A DNA stretch of 63,639 bases, counting the filler. It is 6 parts of 6 records of this genome, joined end to end, with 100 filler letters (N's around TTAATTAATTAA, not from the genome) between each part and the next. Parts side by side here need not be neighbours in the genome. Positions count along the whole stretch, not along the records: positions 14,919 to 36,462 come from DRR723986_3106; positions 36,563 to 46,404 come from DRR723986_3107; 4 more parts are not named here. The stretch is one strand, 5' to 3'. The number at the start of each line of letters is the position of its first letter. Position 1 is the first letter of the stretch. The notes beneath the pieces are model-generated. The model was not told the DNA's origin and searched no databases. It saw only the letters and a list, made by a program, of their open reading frames with translations. Made by a program: the position numbers and the translations under genes. Below, in pieces: positions 28,267 through 38,492 of this stretch.

Positions 28267-30828
28267 TTAGAAGCGTGTTGAAGTCGAGAACCGGAACGTC
28301 TCTGTCCGGTCATAATCCTCGCTGCGGAGGATTTGAGAGAAGTCGAAGCGGATCGGGCCGAACGGCGAATTCCAGAAAACGCTGAGGCCAGCTGAAGCTC
28401 GCAGCGATGCCGCATCCTTGGTAAGCCGCGCAGCGGGCAAACCCGTACTCGGGTCGATCGTGAAAATGGTCGGAGCTTTGTCCGGACCGCGAAGTGTGCC
28501 CAGCGAACCGGCATCCATGAACAGTGCACTCTTGATGCCGTACTCTTCCGGGAACACGTTTGGCAGACTCAGTTCGAACGTACCCTGATAATAGGCATTC
28601 CCGCCCTGCGCGTTCAGGCGCCGGGTGGCAACGACCTCACCAGTTACCGGATCGACCACTCGGAGAATTTCCCGCGGGCCAAGGCCAGCGACATCAAATC
28701 CGCGGAAAGTCGAACCGCCCCGGAAGAAGCGATTGTTGATCCGAATGCCTTCACCATTCTCCAGCGGGAAGACATAGCCGCCAGACAGGCGCGCGCTGGC
28801 CACAACCCCCTTCCAGATGCCGCGATAGAAAGATGCCCGCGTTTCTGTGCGTAGATAGTGCACATCACCACCAACACCTGCCAGATCCTGACTCAGGGAA
28901 AAATCAAATCCGCGGGTTGGTGTAATCGGATCGTTGGTGCGATCCCAATAAAGTTGATAGCCGAGAATACTGGAGAGATCAGATCGCTCGGACCGACAGA
29001 TCGTTTCCCGGAAAAGATAAGACGGGTCGCACCGGTCAAGAACAACTTCCTGACCCTCGATAGCATCATCAGGACCCGCAGTCCGGTAGAGGTCGTCGCT
29101 GGTATCGTCCGGGGTGTCCTGACCAGCAGTCTGGATAATACGGGTCGACGGTAGCCCCGTCGCGATATCGATCAGGTATGGCACATCCGTCACGTCGATA
29201 TCGTCATACTGCAGACGATAGCTGAGCCCCAGCTGCATGCGCTCGGTCAGCGGGAAACCCAGGCGAACGCCTGCACCATAAGTGTCGCTGGTGAAGTAGG
29301 AGATGTCGCCGAAGTCCTGTCGGGTCGCAAACATGTCGATGCCGGCAGACAGGTTGCGGTCCAGGAAGCGTGGCTCAGTAAAGCGAAGGTCCAGAACCTG
29401 CTGTCGGCTGGACGCAGAAACACGCGCAACAACCGACTGCCCACGTCCACGCAAGTTCCGCTGGCTGGCAGACAGGTCGATCAGGTATGAGTCGACTGAT
29501 GAGAAGCCCGCGGCGAATGAAAGTTCGCCGGTCGGCTGCTCCTGAACCGTCACATTGACCACGGTCCGGTCCGGCTCATCCGTCGCAACTTCCTCGATCT
29601 CGACCTCCTTGAAGTAGCCGAGCGCGCGTACTCGATTCTTGGAACGGTCCAGAAGGATCCTGTTGAATGCATCACCTTCGGAAATTCTCAGTTCCCTGCG
29701 GATCACGCGGTCCAATGTCTGCGTGTTGCCGACAATGTTTATGCGGTCGATGTAAACACGCGGGCCTTCGTCCACCACGAAGGTCACGTCGATACGGCCC
29801 GTATCCGGGTTCACATCGAGCTGCGGACGAATGTCGACAAACGCATAACCCGCGATACCCGCCGCATAGGTCAGGGAGTCAATCGTGCTTTCGATCAGGT
29901 CGCCTTTGAACAGCGCGCCTTCCTGAATCGGCACCGCGGCACGAAGGGCTTTGGCGTTCAGTTTTTCGAGCGCTGTTTCAACCTTGACCTCTCCAAAATC
30001 GTACTGGCGCCCCTCATCCACCGTCATGGTGATGTAGAAGTCTTTCTGGTCCGGGGTCAGCTCGGCCACGGCTGAGGTCACTCGGAAATCATAATAGCCG
30101 TTGTTCTGATAGAATTGACGCAGCTGGTCGCGGTCATACTCCAGGCGTCCCGGATCGTAGTTGTCGTTGGAGCTGAAGAAGCGCCAGAAACGGGATTGCT
30201 TGGTGACGATTTCGCTGCGCAGACGGGAGTCCGAATAGGCTTCGTTACCGATGAAGTTGATCGAACGGACACCCGTAACCGGACCTTCCGTGATCTGGAA
30301 AATCAGATCGACGCGGTTCTGCTCCAGCGGCTTGTATTGCGGCTCGACCTTTGCAGCGAAACGGCCCGACTGGCGGTAGAGCTCGAGAATACGCTGCACA
30401 TCGTTCTGCACCCGCGCTGCCGTAAAGATACCGCGCGGCTCGGCCTGGATCTCTTCCTTGAGCTTGTCTTCCTTGAGCGCTTTGTTGCCCTCGAAAATCA
30501 CTCGGTTGATGATCGGGTTCTCGACAACACGGACAATGAGGTCATCGCCAAGACGATCGATGGAGACATCTGCGAAAAGATTGGTCGCGAACAGAGTCTT
30601 CAGCGACAGGTCGATACGGTTGGGGTCGAATGCATCCCCGGGTTCCAGCAACAGATATGACTGGACGGTGCGTGCTTCGATACGCCTGTTTCCCTGGACC
30701 ACGATCGAACGGATCGTTCCCCCATACCGGTTGTCTTCCTGCGCCTGAGCCGAGCCGGTAACGCCCGGCACGCTTTGAAGCGCGAAGACGCTGGTCGCCA
30801 TGAAGGTCGCTGCAAGAAACTTACGCAT
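28267..30828 (-). CDS. bamA: Outer membrane protein assembly factor BamA
   Basis: POTRA repeats (GNRRIE, FEGN, FIGN, IVGN), RGF motif (TFRGFD), SPFGPIRFD, terminal Phe. Confidence 0.98.
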   Translation of the reverse strand: MRKFLAATFMATSVFALQSVPGVTGSAQAQEDNRYGGTIRSIVVQGNRRIEARTVQSYLLLEPGDAFDPNRIDLSLKTLFATNLFADVSIDRLGDDLIVRVVENPIINRVIFEGNKALKEDKLKEEIQAEPRGIFTAARVQNDVQRILELYRQSGRFAAKVEPQYKPLEQNRVDLIFQITEGPVTGVRSINFIGNEAYSDSRLRSEIVTKQSRFWRFFSSNDNYDPGRLEYDRDQLRQFYQNNGYYDFRVTSAVAELTPDQKDFYITMTVDEGRQYDFGEVKVETALEKLNAKALRAAVPIQEGALFKGDLIESTIDSLTYAAGIAGYAFVDIRPQLDVNPDTGRIDVTFVVDEGPRVYIDRINIVGNTQTLDRVIRRELRISEGDAFNRILLDRSKNRVRALGYFKEVEIEEVATDEPDRTVVNVTVQEQPTGELSFAAGFSSVDSYLIDLSASQRNLRGRGQSVVARVSASSRQQVLDLRFTEPRFLDRNLSAGIDMFATRQDFGDISYFTSDTYGAGVRLGFPLTERMQLGLSYRLQYDDIDVTDVPYLIDIATGLPSTRIIQTAGQDTPDDTSDDLYRTAGPDDAIEGQEVVLDRCDPSYLFRETICRSERSDLSSILGYQLYWDRTNDPITPTRGFDFSLSQDLAGVGGDVHYLRTETRASFYRGIWKGVVASARLSGGYVFPLENGEGIRINNRFFRGGSTFRGFDVAGLGPREILRVVDPVTGEVVATRRLNAQGGNAYYQGTFELSLPNVFPEEYGIKSALFMDAGSLGTLRGPDKAPTIFTIDPSTGLPAARLTKDAASLRASAGLSVFWNSPFGPIRFDFSQILRSEDYDRTETFRFSTSTRF

Positions 30829-30868
30829 CGTCGAATTAACTCTCTGATTAGTCCCTGATCCGGCCGGC

Positions 30869-32038
30869 TCAGCCGCCCCCGCCGCCGAAAACGCCGGTTT
30901 CGATGACATCGCCCCATGTGATGACGACGACCATCCCCAATAACAGGATGAGACCGAATGTCAGGCTCACTTCCTGCACTTTTTCCGGCAAATGGCGGCC
31001 GGTCAGGGCTTCGTATGCATTAAATACAAGGTGTCCGCCATCCAGCACCGGCAGCGGCAATAGGTTGAAAAAGCCGATCCCCACGGAGATCGATGCGCAC
31101 ATTCCGAGGAGCATCCAGAACAACTCCGACATGCGCGTGCCAACCGAGACATCTTCCTGCGCCCACACCCGGTTCACGATTCGGCGTGAAACATCACCAA
31201 TCCCGACCGGGCCGGACATTGTATGAATCGACATACGTCCGGTGATGATCCGGCTTAGCATGGTGACAGTCTGCTCAAGTGTCTTTCCGGTCTGGATAAC
31301 ACCCTGTCCGAGCGCTTCTGCCGGATTGTAGCGGGTCGGTTCCTGAACGCTGACGCTCGCCAGTTTCACACCAATCGTGCCCTGGGGCACCTGTTGGCCG
31401 ACTTCATTCTCACGCACCACTTCCTTGGGCGTAACGGTGAGGGTCTGCGCCGTGTCGCCGCGGCGAACCACGAAGTCGACTGGCGTATTGGGGTTGAGTA
31501 TCGCGGCCAGCTGAATATCGCTGGCCGTTTTCACGGCCTTGCCATTGGCTGATACGACAATGTCTCCAGCCTCCATCCCTGCCACTGCAGCGGGGGTACC
31601 TTCTTCAACAGAATAGATACCGATCTCTACATTCGGACGGCCGAATGTCCCGATCATCAGAGCAAATATAAGGCTGGCGAGCACAAAATTGGCGAAAGGC
31701 CCAGCAAGGCTGACAAGCGAGCGCTGCCCGACACTGAGTTCCGGATAAGGCCGCCCAACAAGGCCGCCCTCAACCTTGCCGATATCGCCCGCAGTCTGCG
31801 CTTCGCCGGCGAACTTCACGAAACCGCCGAGCGGGATCCAGTTGATGCGCCAGCGAGTGCCGCGCTTGTCCTTCCGTTCAAACAGAGGACTTCCAAAACC
31901 GATTGAGAAGGATTCGACAGCCGCCCCGAAAGCGCGGCCGGCAAGGTAATGGCCATATTCGTGGACGATCACCACGATGCCCATCATGAAGATGAGGCAA
32001 GCCAGAAACAATGGACCTTGGCTCAGCAACTCACCCAA
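30869..32038 (-). CDS. rseP: RIP metalloprotease RseP
   Basis: HEYGH, PLGGFVK, AGPFANF, one PDZ domain, NLLPLPVLDGGH; TTG start inferred from GGAGG upstream. Confidence 0.96.
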   Translation of the reverse strand: MGELLSQGPLFLACLIFMMGIVVIVHEYGHYLAGRAFGAAVESFSIGFGSPLFERKDKRGTRWRINWIPLGGFVKFAGEAQTAGDIGKVEGGLVGRPYPELSVGQRSLVSLAGPFANFVLASLIFALMIGTFGRPNVEIGIYSVEEGTPAAVAGMEAGDIVVSANGKAVKTASDIQLAAILNPNTPVDFVVRRGDTAQTLTVTPKEVVRENEVGQQVPQGTIGVKLASVSVQEPTRYNPAEALGQGVIQTGKTLEQTVTMLSRIITGRMSIHTMSGPVGIGDVSRRIVNRVWAQEDVSVGTRMSELFWMLLGMCASISVGIGFFNLLPLPVLDGGHLVFNAYEALTGRHLPEKVQEVSLTFGLILLLGMVVVITWGDVIETGVFGGGGG

Positions 32039-33242
32039 GCGCACTACCCTCCGCCCCATCACCCGGGGCCCGCTTCAAGACGTCTTCAGCCGCAGAACGC
32101 GCGAACCGGTCCAGATAGCCGATCTCTTCTAGCGAACTACATGCCATTCCGGCCATATTGCCGGAAAGGAAGCGACTCAACACTTCCTTTACCACCCAGC
32201 TTATGTCCAGAAACCCGCATTGGCCCGCAATAAATGCAGAAACGGCGGTTTCATTAGCGCAATTTAATACCGTGGTAGCCCCCGGACCGGCAGAAAATGC
32301 CTCACGCGCCAGGTCCACTGCAGGAAATTTTGTACCGTCCACCGCCTCAAAATCGAGTTTTGCGAGGGACACAAGGTCGAGCCGGTTCACTGTCGTCGTA
32401 ACACGATCCGGCCAGCCCAAAGCGTACGAAATTGGTGTCCTCATATCCGGAGCGCCGAGTTGCGCGATCACCGACCCGTCCGTGAAGTGCGCCATGCCGT
32501 GAATGATCGACTGGGGGTGAATGATCACGTCAATCTGATCGGCCGGGACATCGAACAGATAAGCCGCCTCGATCAGCTCCAAAGCCTTGTTCATCAAGGT
32601 TGCGCTGTCGATCGAGTTCTTGATCCCCATGGCCCAGTTTGGATGGGCCGCAGCCGCCTCCGGGCTTGCGGTGCGCATCTCATCCAGCGTCGCCGTCCGA
32701 AACGGTCCACCTGAGGCCGTGATCGTCAGCCGCTCCAACGACTTGCCGTCACCGAGGCATTGATGAATCGCGCTGTGCTCTGAATCCACCGGCAGGACCA
32801 TCACGCCGGCCTTCCTGGCTTCTTCTAGGATCAGCCGACCGCCGCAGACGACGCTTTCCTTGTTGGCAATCGCCACATCATTGCCTGCCTGAACAGCCGC
32901 CAGCGTCGATTCCAGCCCCGCGGCACCGACAATCGCCGCAAGGACCCTGGCAGGGCGCGTTGCCGCTTCCGTCACGGCCGCGGTACCGCCAGCAGCTTCA
33001 ATTCCGCTACCAGCCAACCGGTCCTTGAGGGTCGGCAACTGCGTTTCATCGGCGATCACGGCGATCTGCGGTCGGCATTCGAGCGCCTGCTCTGCCAGTT
33101 TCTCAGCGTTGCTACCGGCCGTCAGGGCAATGACGTCGAACCCGGCGCCGCCACTTTGATTTTCATGCTGGATGACATCGAGCGCCGAGCACCCGATAGA
33201 TCCTGTCGATCCCATTACAGAAATAGCACGCCTGGAAGTCAT
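32031..33242 (-). CDS. dxr: 1-deoxy-D-xylulose-5-phosphate reductoisomerase
   Basis: GSTGSIG, ANKES, PVDSEH, TASGGPFR, HPNWAMG, NKALELIEA. Confidence 0.98.
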   Translation of the reverse strand: MTSRRAISVMGSTGSIGCSALDVIQHENQSGGAGFDVIALTAGSNAEKLAEQALECRPQIAVIADETQLPTLKDRLAGSGIEAAGGTAAVTEAATRPARVLAAIVGAAGLESTLAAVQAGNDVAIANKESVVCGGRLILEEARKAGVMVLPVDSEHSAIHQCLGDGKSLERLTITASGGPFRTATLDEMRTASPEAAAAHPNWAMGIKNSIDSATLMNKALELIEAAYLFDVPADQIDVIIHPQSIIHGMAHFTDGSVIAQLGAPDMRTPISYALGWPDRVTTTVNRLDLVSLAKLDFEAVDGTKFPAVDLAREAFSAGPGATTVLNCANETAVSAFIAGQCGFLDISWVVKEVLSRFLSGNMAGMACSSLEEIGYLDRFARSAAEDVLKRAPGDGAEGSALG

Positions 33243-34063
33243 GCCTGCAGCCCAAGCATATCCGGCAGGTCAGGCGCAATGTGGAAAGCCAGTACGGTTA
33301 TGAAGGCAACCGCACCGAGACCATCGACACGGTCCATCACTCCGCCATGCCCGGGAAGGATCGATCCGGAATCCTTGACGCGGAAACGCCGCTTCAAGCC
33401 GCTTTCGAAAAGGTCCCCCAGCTGCGCCACCACGGATATGGAGAGGCCGGCCAGGATCCAGCCCGCAAACGGTACACGCTGGATGTCGGCCGCAGCGACG
33501 CCACAGACAATACAGGCGATGACAGCCCCAATCGCGCCGCTCCAGGTCTTGTTCGGGCTCTCTTTCGGCAGAAGCCGCGGACCGCCAAGACCTCGGCCCG
33601 TGAAATATGCCGCCGCATCGGAAGCCCAGACGAATGACATGAAATAAAGCGCAGCAGACCGGCCATCCCACGGCCCTTCCCGCAGCAACCACAGGGAGGC
33701 CGGCATCAAGGTCACGTAAACGAGACCAAACACAGCGCTGCCCCGGTGATTCCAGCCGCCCTTGGCCGTCATCGCCGCAAAGACGGCTCCAGCGAGAATT
33801 ACGCCCAGCGCGATGCCCGAATTTCCTAGAGGCAGCGCCAAGCACGCCAAGGCAGCGAACGCGACCAGCAGCATGGGTTTGATGAAGCCGCTGATATGCC
33901 CCCATTCCCAGGCCATGACGCCCGCTGCCGCCGCGCAGGCGACAGCCAGCCCCCAACCGCCGGACCAGACTGCGGTCAGCCCGAGCGGGATCAGGATGGC
34001 CGATGATATCAGCCGCAGCCCCAGATTTGAAAATCTGAGTTCCCGGGGGGTCCAGTCTCCCAT
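33239..34063 (-). CDS. cdsA: Phosphatidate cytidylyltransferase
   Basis: WASDAAAYFTGR, SPNKTWSG, GDLFES.LKR...VKDSG.ILPGHGGVMDRVD. Confidence 0.97.
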   Translation of the reverse strand: MGDWTPRELRFSNLGLRLISSAILIPLGLTAVWSGGWGLAVACAAAAGVMAWEWGHISGFIKPMLLVAFAALACLALPLGNSGIALGVILAGAVFAAMTAKGGWNHRGSAVFGLVYVTLMPASLWLLREGPWDGRSAALYFMSFVWASDAAAYFTGRGLGGPRLLPKESPNKTWSGAIGAVIACIVCGVAAADIQRVPFAGWILAGLSISVVAQLGDLFESGLKRRFRVKDSGSILPGHGGVMDRVDGLGAVAFITVLAFHIAPDLPDMLGLQA

Positions 34064-34824
34064 CAGCGCGGCTCCGACGTCACGGCACCGAACCGGCGTT
34101 CCCGGTTCCGGAAATCTGCGATTGCCTGTTCCAATGAAGACTTGTCGAAATCCGGCCAGAGCACGTCCGTAAAGATCAATTCAGCATAGGCGGCCTGCCA
34201 AAGAAGGAAATTGGACAAGCGGTATTCTCCGCTGGTCCGGATCAGCAAGTCGGGATCCGGAATGCCGTCTGTATCCAGAAACTTGGCAAATGCGGTCTCA
34301 TCGATCTCGTCAGCTTCAAGTTCACCGTTCTGGATTGCCTCAGTGAGCCTCTGCGCAGCACGTAGGATCTCTTCCCGGCCACCATAGTTGAATGCGATAC
34401 TGAGATAGAAATCCGAATTATCGGCCGTCTCCCGCTCAGCCTTGTCGACGAGCTCCGCGATATCTGCGGGCAGACCTTGCCGGCGTCCAAGGACGCGGAT
34501 CCGGACGCCTTCCCGCTTCAACCGGCCGAGGTCGCGCTGCACATAGGCTTTCAAAAGGCCGAACAGCGCACTGACCTCCGCCGCGGGCCGGCGCCAGTTT
34601 TCAGTGGAGAAAGAAAAAACGGTCAGGTAACGGATGCCGAGCTCCGGTGCGGCTTCGACCGTCCGGCGAAGCGCTTCTACCCCGCGCTCATGGCCTGCCG
34701 CACGCGGCAATCCCCTGGCCTTCGCCCAACGCCCATTGCCATCCATGATGATGGCAACATGCTGCGGCCCCGGCAGCCCCTGTGCCCCGGCGCCCTCTGA
34801 AGCGGGGGCGGGTTCACGGGACAT
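34063..34824 (-). CDS. uppS: Undecaprenyl diphosphate synthase
   Basis: [43 protein letters not shown]. Confidence 0.98.
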   Translation of the reverse strand: MSREPAPASEGAGAQGLPGPQHVAIIMDGNGRWAKARGLPRAAGHERGVEALRRTVEAAPELGIRYLTVFSFSTENWRRPAAEVSALFGLLKAYVQRDLGRLKREGVRIRVLGRRQGLPADIAELVDKAERETADNSDFYLSIAFNYGGREEILRAAQRLTEAIQNGELEADEIDETAFAKFLDTDGIPDPDLLIRTSGEYRLSNFLLWQAAYAELIFTDVLWPDFDKSSLEQAIADFRNRERRFGAVTSEPR

Positions 34825-35378
34825 CAGACCTGCATGATCTCCGCTTCCTTGGCCTTCAGCGCTTCGTCGACTTTCGCGACATAGATATCGGTCAGCTTCT
34901 GGACTTCATCGGACAGGGCGTGGTGCCGGTCTTCACTGATCTCGCCATCTTTTTCCATCGCCTTCAGGCTATCCATGCCGTCGCGGCGAATGTTGCGGAT
35001 CGCGACGCGCGCCGCTTCGGCATACTTGCCTGCGACTTTCTGCAGTTCTTTCCGGCGTTCTTCGTTCAGCGGCGGGATCGGCAGGCGAAGGTTCTGGCCA
35101 TCCACCACCGGGTTCAGCCCGAGGCCGGACTCCCGGATGGCGCGGTCTGCAGCGCCAACGACTGCTTTATCCCAGACATTCACAGACAGCATACGCGTAT
35201 CGGTGACTGTCACGGACGCTACCTGGTTCAGCGGGACAGTCGAGCCATAGGCGGGCACCATGATGGAATCGAGCAGGTTCACGGAAGCACGGCCGGTGCG
35301 CAGGCCGCTGAATTCTGTTGAGAGCGATGTCAACGCGCCTTCCATGCGGCGCTCGAGATCTTTCTTGTCATAGCTCAT
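34824..35378 (-). CDS. frr: Ribosome recycling factor
   Basis: [33 protein letters not shown]. Confidence 0.98.
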   Translation of the reverse strand: MSYDKKDLERRMEGALTSLSTEFSGLRTGRASVNLLDSIMVPAYGSTVPLNQVASVTVTDTRMLSVNVWDKAVVGAADRAIRESGLGLNPVVDGQNLRLPIPPLNEERRKELQKVAGKYAEAARVAIRNIRRDGMDSLKAMEKDGEISEDRHHALSDEVQKLTDIYVAKVDEALKAKEAEIMQV

Positions 35379-36136
35379 TTGGAAGACGCTCCCTTGTTCG
35401 TAATTGTCGTCGAGGTGCCCTGACCGTGCAGCACTTTCAGAAGCGACCCCTCCTCCTTCAGCGAGAACACCACGATCGGGATGTTGTTGTCACGCATCAG
35501 GCTGACTGCAGAAGAATCCATCACACGAAGGTCTTTCACCAGCAACTCCTGATAGGACACATCGTCATAGCGGGTGGCGGAGGCATCCAGCTTCGGGTCG
35601 GCCGTGTAGACGCCATCCACCTGCGTGCCTTTCAGCAAGGCATCGCAGTTCATCTCAATGGCGCGCAGGGCAGCGCCAGTGTCTGTGGTGAAGAACGGAT
35701 TGCCGATGCCAGCGGCGAAAATGACGATCCGGCCCTTTTCCATGTGGCGCTGGGCGCGGCGGCGGATGTAGGGCTCGCAGATCGCTTCCATATGAATGGC
35801 AGACAGGACGCGGGTCGGCACGTCCATGTTCTCCAGAACACTCTGCATGGCGAGGGCGTTCATTACCGTGGCCAACATGCCCATCGAGTCTGCCTGAGCT
35901 CGCTCCATGCCCTTCGCCGCACCGGCCACGCCGCGGAAGATGTTACCGCCGCCGATGACCAGGCAGATCTCGGCGCCGGCATCGCGGGCGCCCTTGATCG
36001 CCTTGGCAAATTTCTCGCAGGTCGGGATATCGATTCCGAACTGGCCGGGGCCCATGAGGGCCTCCCCTGACAGCTTGAGCAGTACGCGTTTGTACTTGAG
36101 TTTGCTTGTCTCGGGATCCCCGCTCGGCATCGTCAT
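35375..36136 (-). CDS. pyrH: UMP kinase
   Basis: [35 protein letters not shown]. Confidence 0.98.
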   Translation of the reverse strand: MTMPSGDPETSKLKYKRVLLKLSGEALMGPGQFGIDIPTCEKFAKAIKGARDAGAEICLVIGGGNIFRGVAGAAKGMERAQADSMGMLATVMNALAMQSVLENMDVPTRVLSAIHMEAICEPYIRRRAQRHMEKGRIVIFAAGIGNPFFTTDTGAALRAIEMNCDALLKGTQVDGVYTADPKLDASATRYDDVSYQELLVKDLRVMDSSAVSLMRDNNIPIVVFSLKEEGSLLKVLHGQGTSTTITNKGASSK

Positions 36137-36240
36137 TTTCCCTTCGCTGGAAGCCTTATGGCCTCCTAAAAGATTCCCGGCCGCCTGTCATGGGCGACCG
36201 GGATGTTCAAAGCCCCTTGCGGGCGGAAAGGCAAGCCTGA

Positions 36241-36462
36241 TCAGGCGCCTTTTGTCATGGAAGCGACTTCGTCTGCGAAGTTGTCCTCTTCCTTCTCGAT
36301 GCCATCACCGAGCTTGAAGTTGACGAAGCCTTTCAGTGTGGCGCCCTCACCTTTCAGGAACTCACCAACCGTCTGGTCAGGGTTCATGACGAAAGGCTGC
36401 TCGACCAGCACGACTTCCTTGTAGAACTTCTGCATGCGGCCAACGATCATCTTCTCGATCAC
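36241..36462 (-). CDS. tsf: Elongation factor Ts, C-terminal fragment
   Basis: [28 protein letters not shown]...LGDGIEK...FADEVA; directly upstream of pyrH. Confidence 0.96.
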   Translation of the reverse strand: MIEKMIVGRMQKFYKEVVLVEQPFVMNPDQTVGEFLKGEGATLKGFVNFKLGDGIEKEEDNFADEVASMTKGA

Positions 36463-36562
36463 NNNNNNNNNNNNNNNNNNNNNNNNNNNNNNNNNNNNNN
36501 NNNNNNTTAATTAATTAANNNNNNNNNNNNNNNNNNNNNNNNNNNNNNNNNNNNNNNNNNNN
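36463..36562. other. Artificial contig linker
   Basis: N44-TTAATTAATTAA-N44. Confidence 0.99.
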
Positions 36563-37063
36563 GTTGGTGATCCACATCTTGGAGCCGTTGAGGACGTACC
36601 GATCGCCCTTCTTTTCCGCCTTCAGTTTCATGGAAACGACGTCTGAGCCAGCGCCCGGTTCCGACATGGCCAGCGCGCCCAGATGTTCACCGGTCACGAG
36701 CTTGTTCAGATAGCGCTTCTTCTGGTCGTCACTTCCCCAGCGGCGAAGCTGGTTGACACACAGGTTTGAATGGGCGCCATAGCTGAGGCCGATGGAGGCG
36801 GACGCCCGGCTGACCTCTTCCATGGCAATGCAGTGCTCCAGGTAGCCCAGACCCGAACCGCCCCATTCTTCCTCCACTGTGATCCCGTGAAGGCCAAGGT
36901 CTCCCATTTCCGGCCAGAGCTCCCGCGGGAACCAGTCCTCGCGGTCGATCTTTTCTGCCAGTGGCGCAATCCGGTCCTGACTGTAGGACCGAACGGTGTC
37001 GCGCAGCATGTCGGCGGTTTCGCCGAGATCGAAATTGAAACCCGGAAAATCGTTACGGATCAT
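36563..37063 (-). CDS. ivd: Isovaleryl-CoA dehydrogenase, 5' part
   Basis: [41 protein letters not shown]; same operon as a LiuR-type MerR regulator. Confidence 0.93.
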
Positions 37064-37084
37064 CTTGATTACCTCCCAGAGTTT

Positions 37085-37531
37085 TTAAGGCCTGTCGTAT
37101 CGGACAAAATCGCTCAAAACGCCGATCCGGTCGTAAAGCTGCCGGGCGCGTGTATTGTGATCATGTGTGTGCCAGTAGACTTTGCCGCTGGCAGACGGTT
37201 CTTCGGTCGCGGCCCTGTAGACCGCCTCGATCAACTTGCGGCCGGCTCCGCCGCCACGAAGCTTCTCGCTGACATACAGATCTTCCAGATAGCAGGTGGA
37301 CGAACTGGCCCAGGTGCTATCGTGAAAAAGGTAATGGACCAGTCCAACCAGCTCATTCTCCTGAACTGCCACGAACGCGCTGTGACCTGCATCGGAATGC
37401 AGTCGCTCAAAGAGGGTTTCCGTCACTTCCGGCGCCAGATCCTGCTCGTAGAATGCAAGATAGGCCTTCCAGAGCTCGAGCCAGCCCGGCTTGTCGGACC
37501 GTTCCAACGGCCTGATGGTGATATCGGTCAT
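37085..37531 (-). CDS. GNAT family N-acetyltransferase
   Basis: CYLEDLYV...RGGGAGRKLI, VYWHT..N..AR.LYD. Confidence 0.93.
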   Translation of the reverse strand: MTDITIRPLERSDKPGWLELWKAYLAFYEQDLAPEVTETLFERLHSDAGHSAFVAVQENELVGLVHYLFHDSTWASSSTCYLEDLYVSEKLRGGGAGRKLIEAVYRAATEEPSASGKVYWHTHDHNTRARQLYDRIGVLSDFVRYDRP

Positions 37532-37534
37532 TCT

Positions 37535-37981
37535 TCAGTCCTTGACGCCGGCAACGCTCATGAGCGTGAACAGCCCCGTTGCGACATGCACCTGTTCGCC
37601 GTCATCCAGTCCATAGACATCCGCCTTAGCTATGGTCAGCGTTCGTCCCGGTTTGACAACCCGTCCACGCGCAAGAAGCACCGGTTGTTTCGCCGGATTG
37701 AGCAGGTTGATCTTGTATTCGCTGGTCAACACCCCGAAGCCGGCGGAAAACAGCGTCAGAGCTGCATAACCTGCCGCACTGTCCGCAATGGAAGACGTCG
37801 CACCGGCATGAAAAAAGCCGTGTTGCTGTGTCAGTTCCGGAAGCATCGTCAATTCCAGATCGACCGCGCCGGGCGAGACGTGAACCATCTTCGCCCCCAG
37901 ATGGGTCATGAATTTCTGCGCGGCAAAACTGGCCCGGACACGGGGTTCCCAGTTTTCGTCGCGAGGCGAAAGATCCATCAC
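37535..37981 (-). CDS. PaaI family thioesterase
   Basis: QQHGFFHAG...ADSAAGYAA, EYKINLL.PA, VVKPGRTL. Confidence 0.93.
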   Translation of the reverse strand: MMDLSPRDENWEPRVRASFAAQKFMTHLGAKMVHVSPGAVDLELTMLPELTQQHGFFHAGATSSIADSAAGYAALTLFSAGFGVLTSEYKINLLNPAKQPVLLARGRVVKPGRTLTIAKADVYGLDDGEQVHVATGLFTLMSVAGVKD

Positions 37982-38403
37982 TTGTCCTCCGAGGTCGTAA
38001 CGGCGCCAGACAGTTGGTCCGGGCCTGTTTCAAGCTCGACCATGCGCGCCTTTGCACCGGCCTCGACATCGTCGAGCTCGACCAGGGTCAATTCGATATC
38101 GCGCTGTTTTTCGAGAAGTTCAGCCCGGCGGGCGGCGATCCTGTCGAGGAGCAGCCGCAGCTGGCCGGTTTCACCGGGCGCACTGCCGTACATCTCGATC
38201 ATTTCCTTGATTTCGTTCAGGGAAAATCCGAGACGCTTGCCACGAAGGATCAGTTTGATGCGGGTACGATCACCAGGTGTGTAAAGGCGTTGACGCCCCC
38301 GGCGCGTCGGCGACACCAGCCCCTGCGCTTCGTAGAACCGCAGGGTTCGGGTGGTAATGTCGAACTCCTGCGTCAGCTGGGTGATGGTGTAATAACGCTG
38401 CAT
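37978..38403 (-). CDS. liuR: MerR family regulator, LiuR type
   Basis: YTITQL..EF.ITTRTLRFYE..GL..P.RRG..RLY, LILRGKRLGFSL; heads the ivd operon. Confidence 0.88.
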   Translation of the reverse strand: MQRYYTITQLTQEFDITTRTLRFYEAQGLVSPTRRGRQRLYTPGDRTRIKLILRGKRLGFSLNEIKEMIEMYGSAPGETGQLRLLLDRIAARRAELLEKQRDIELTLVELDDVEAGAKARMVELETGPDQLSGAVTTSEDK

Positions 38404-38436
38404 GCCCGCTCCTTGTTGGGCGCACAGTTCCGTCTT

Positions 38437-38452
38437 TTTACGTTAAAGTCAA
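38437..38452. promoter_or_regulatory. Putative LiuR operator
   Basis: TTTACGTTAAAGTCAA (minus strand TTGACTTTAACGTAAA) just upstream of liuR; resembles the LiuR palindrome TTtACGTwwACGTaAA. Confidence 0.75.
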
Positions 38453-38492
38453 CACGTCAATTTTAAGGCTTATATTTCATACACTTGATCAA

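Noticed and set aside
36770-38284. 504-aa plus-strand ORF spanning four genes
   Set aside because: Antisense to ivd, GNAT, PaaI and liuR, each of which has clear family motifs.
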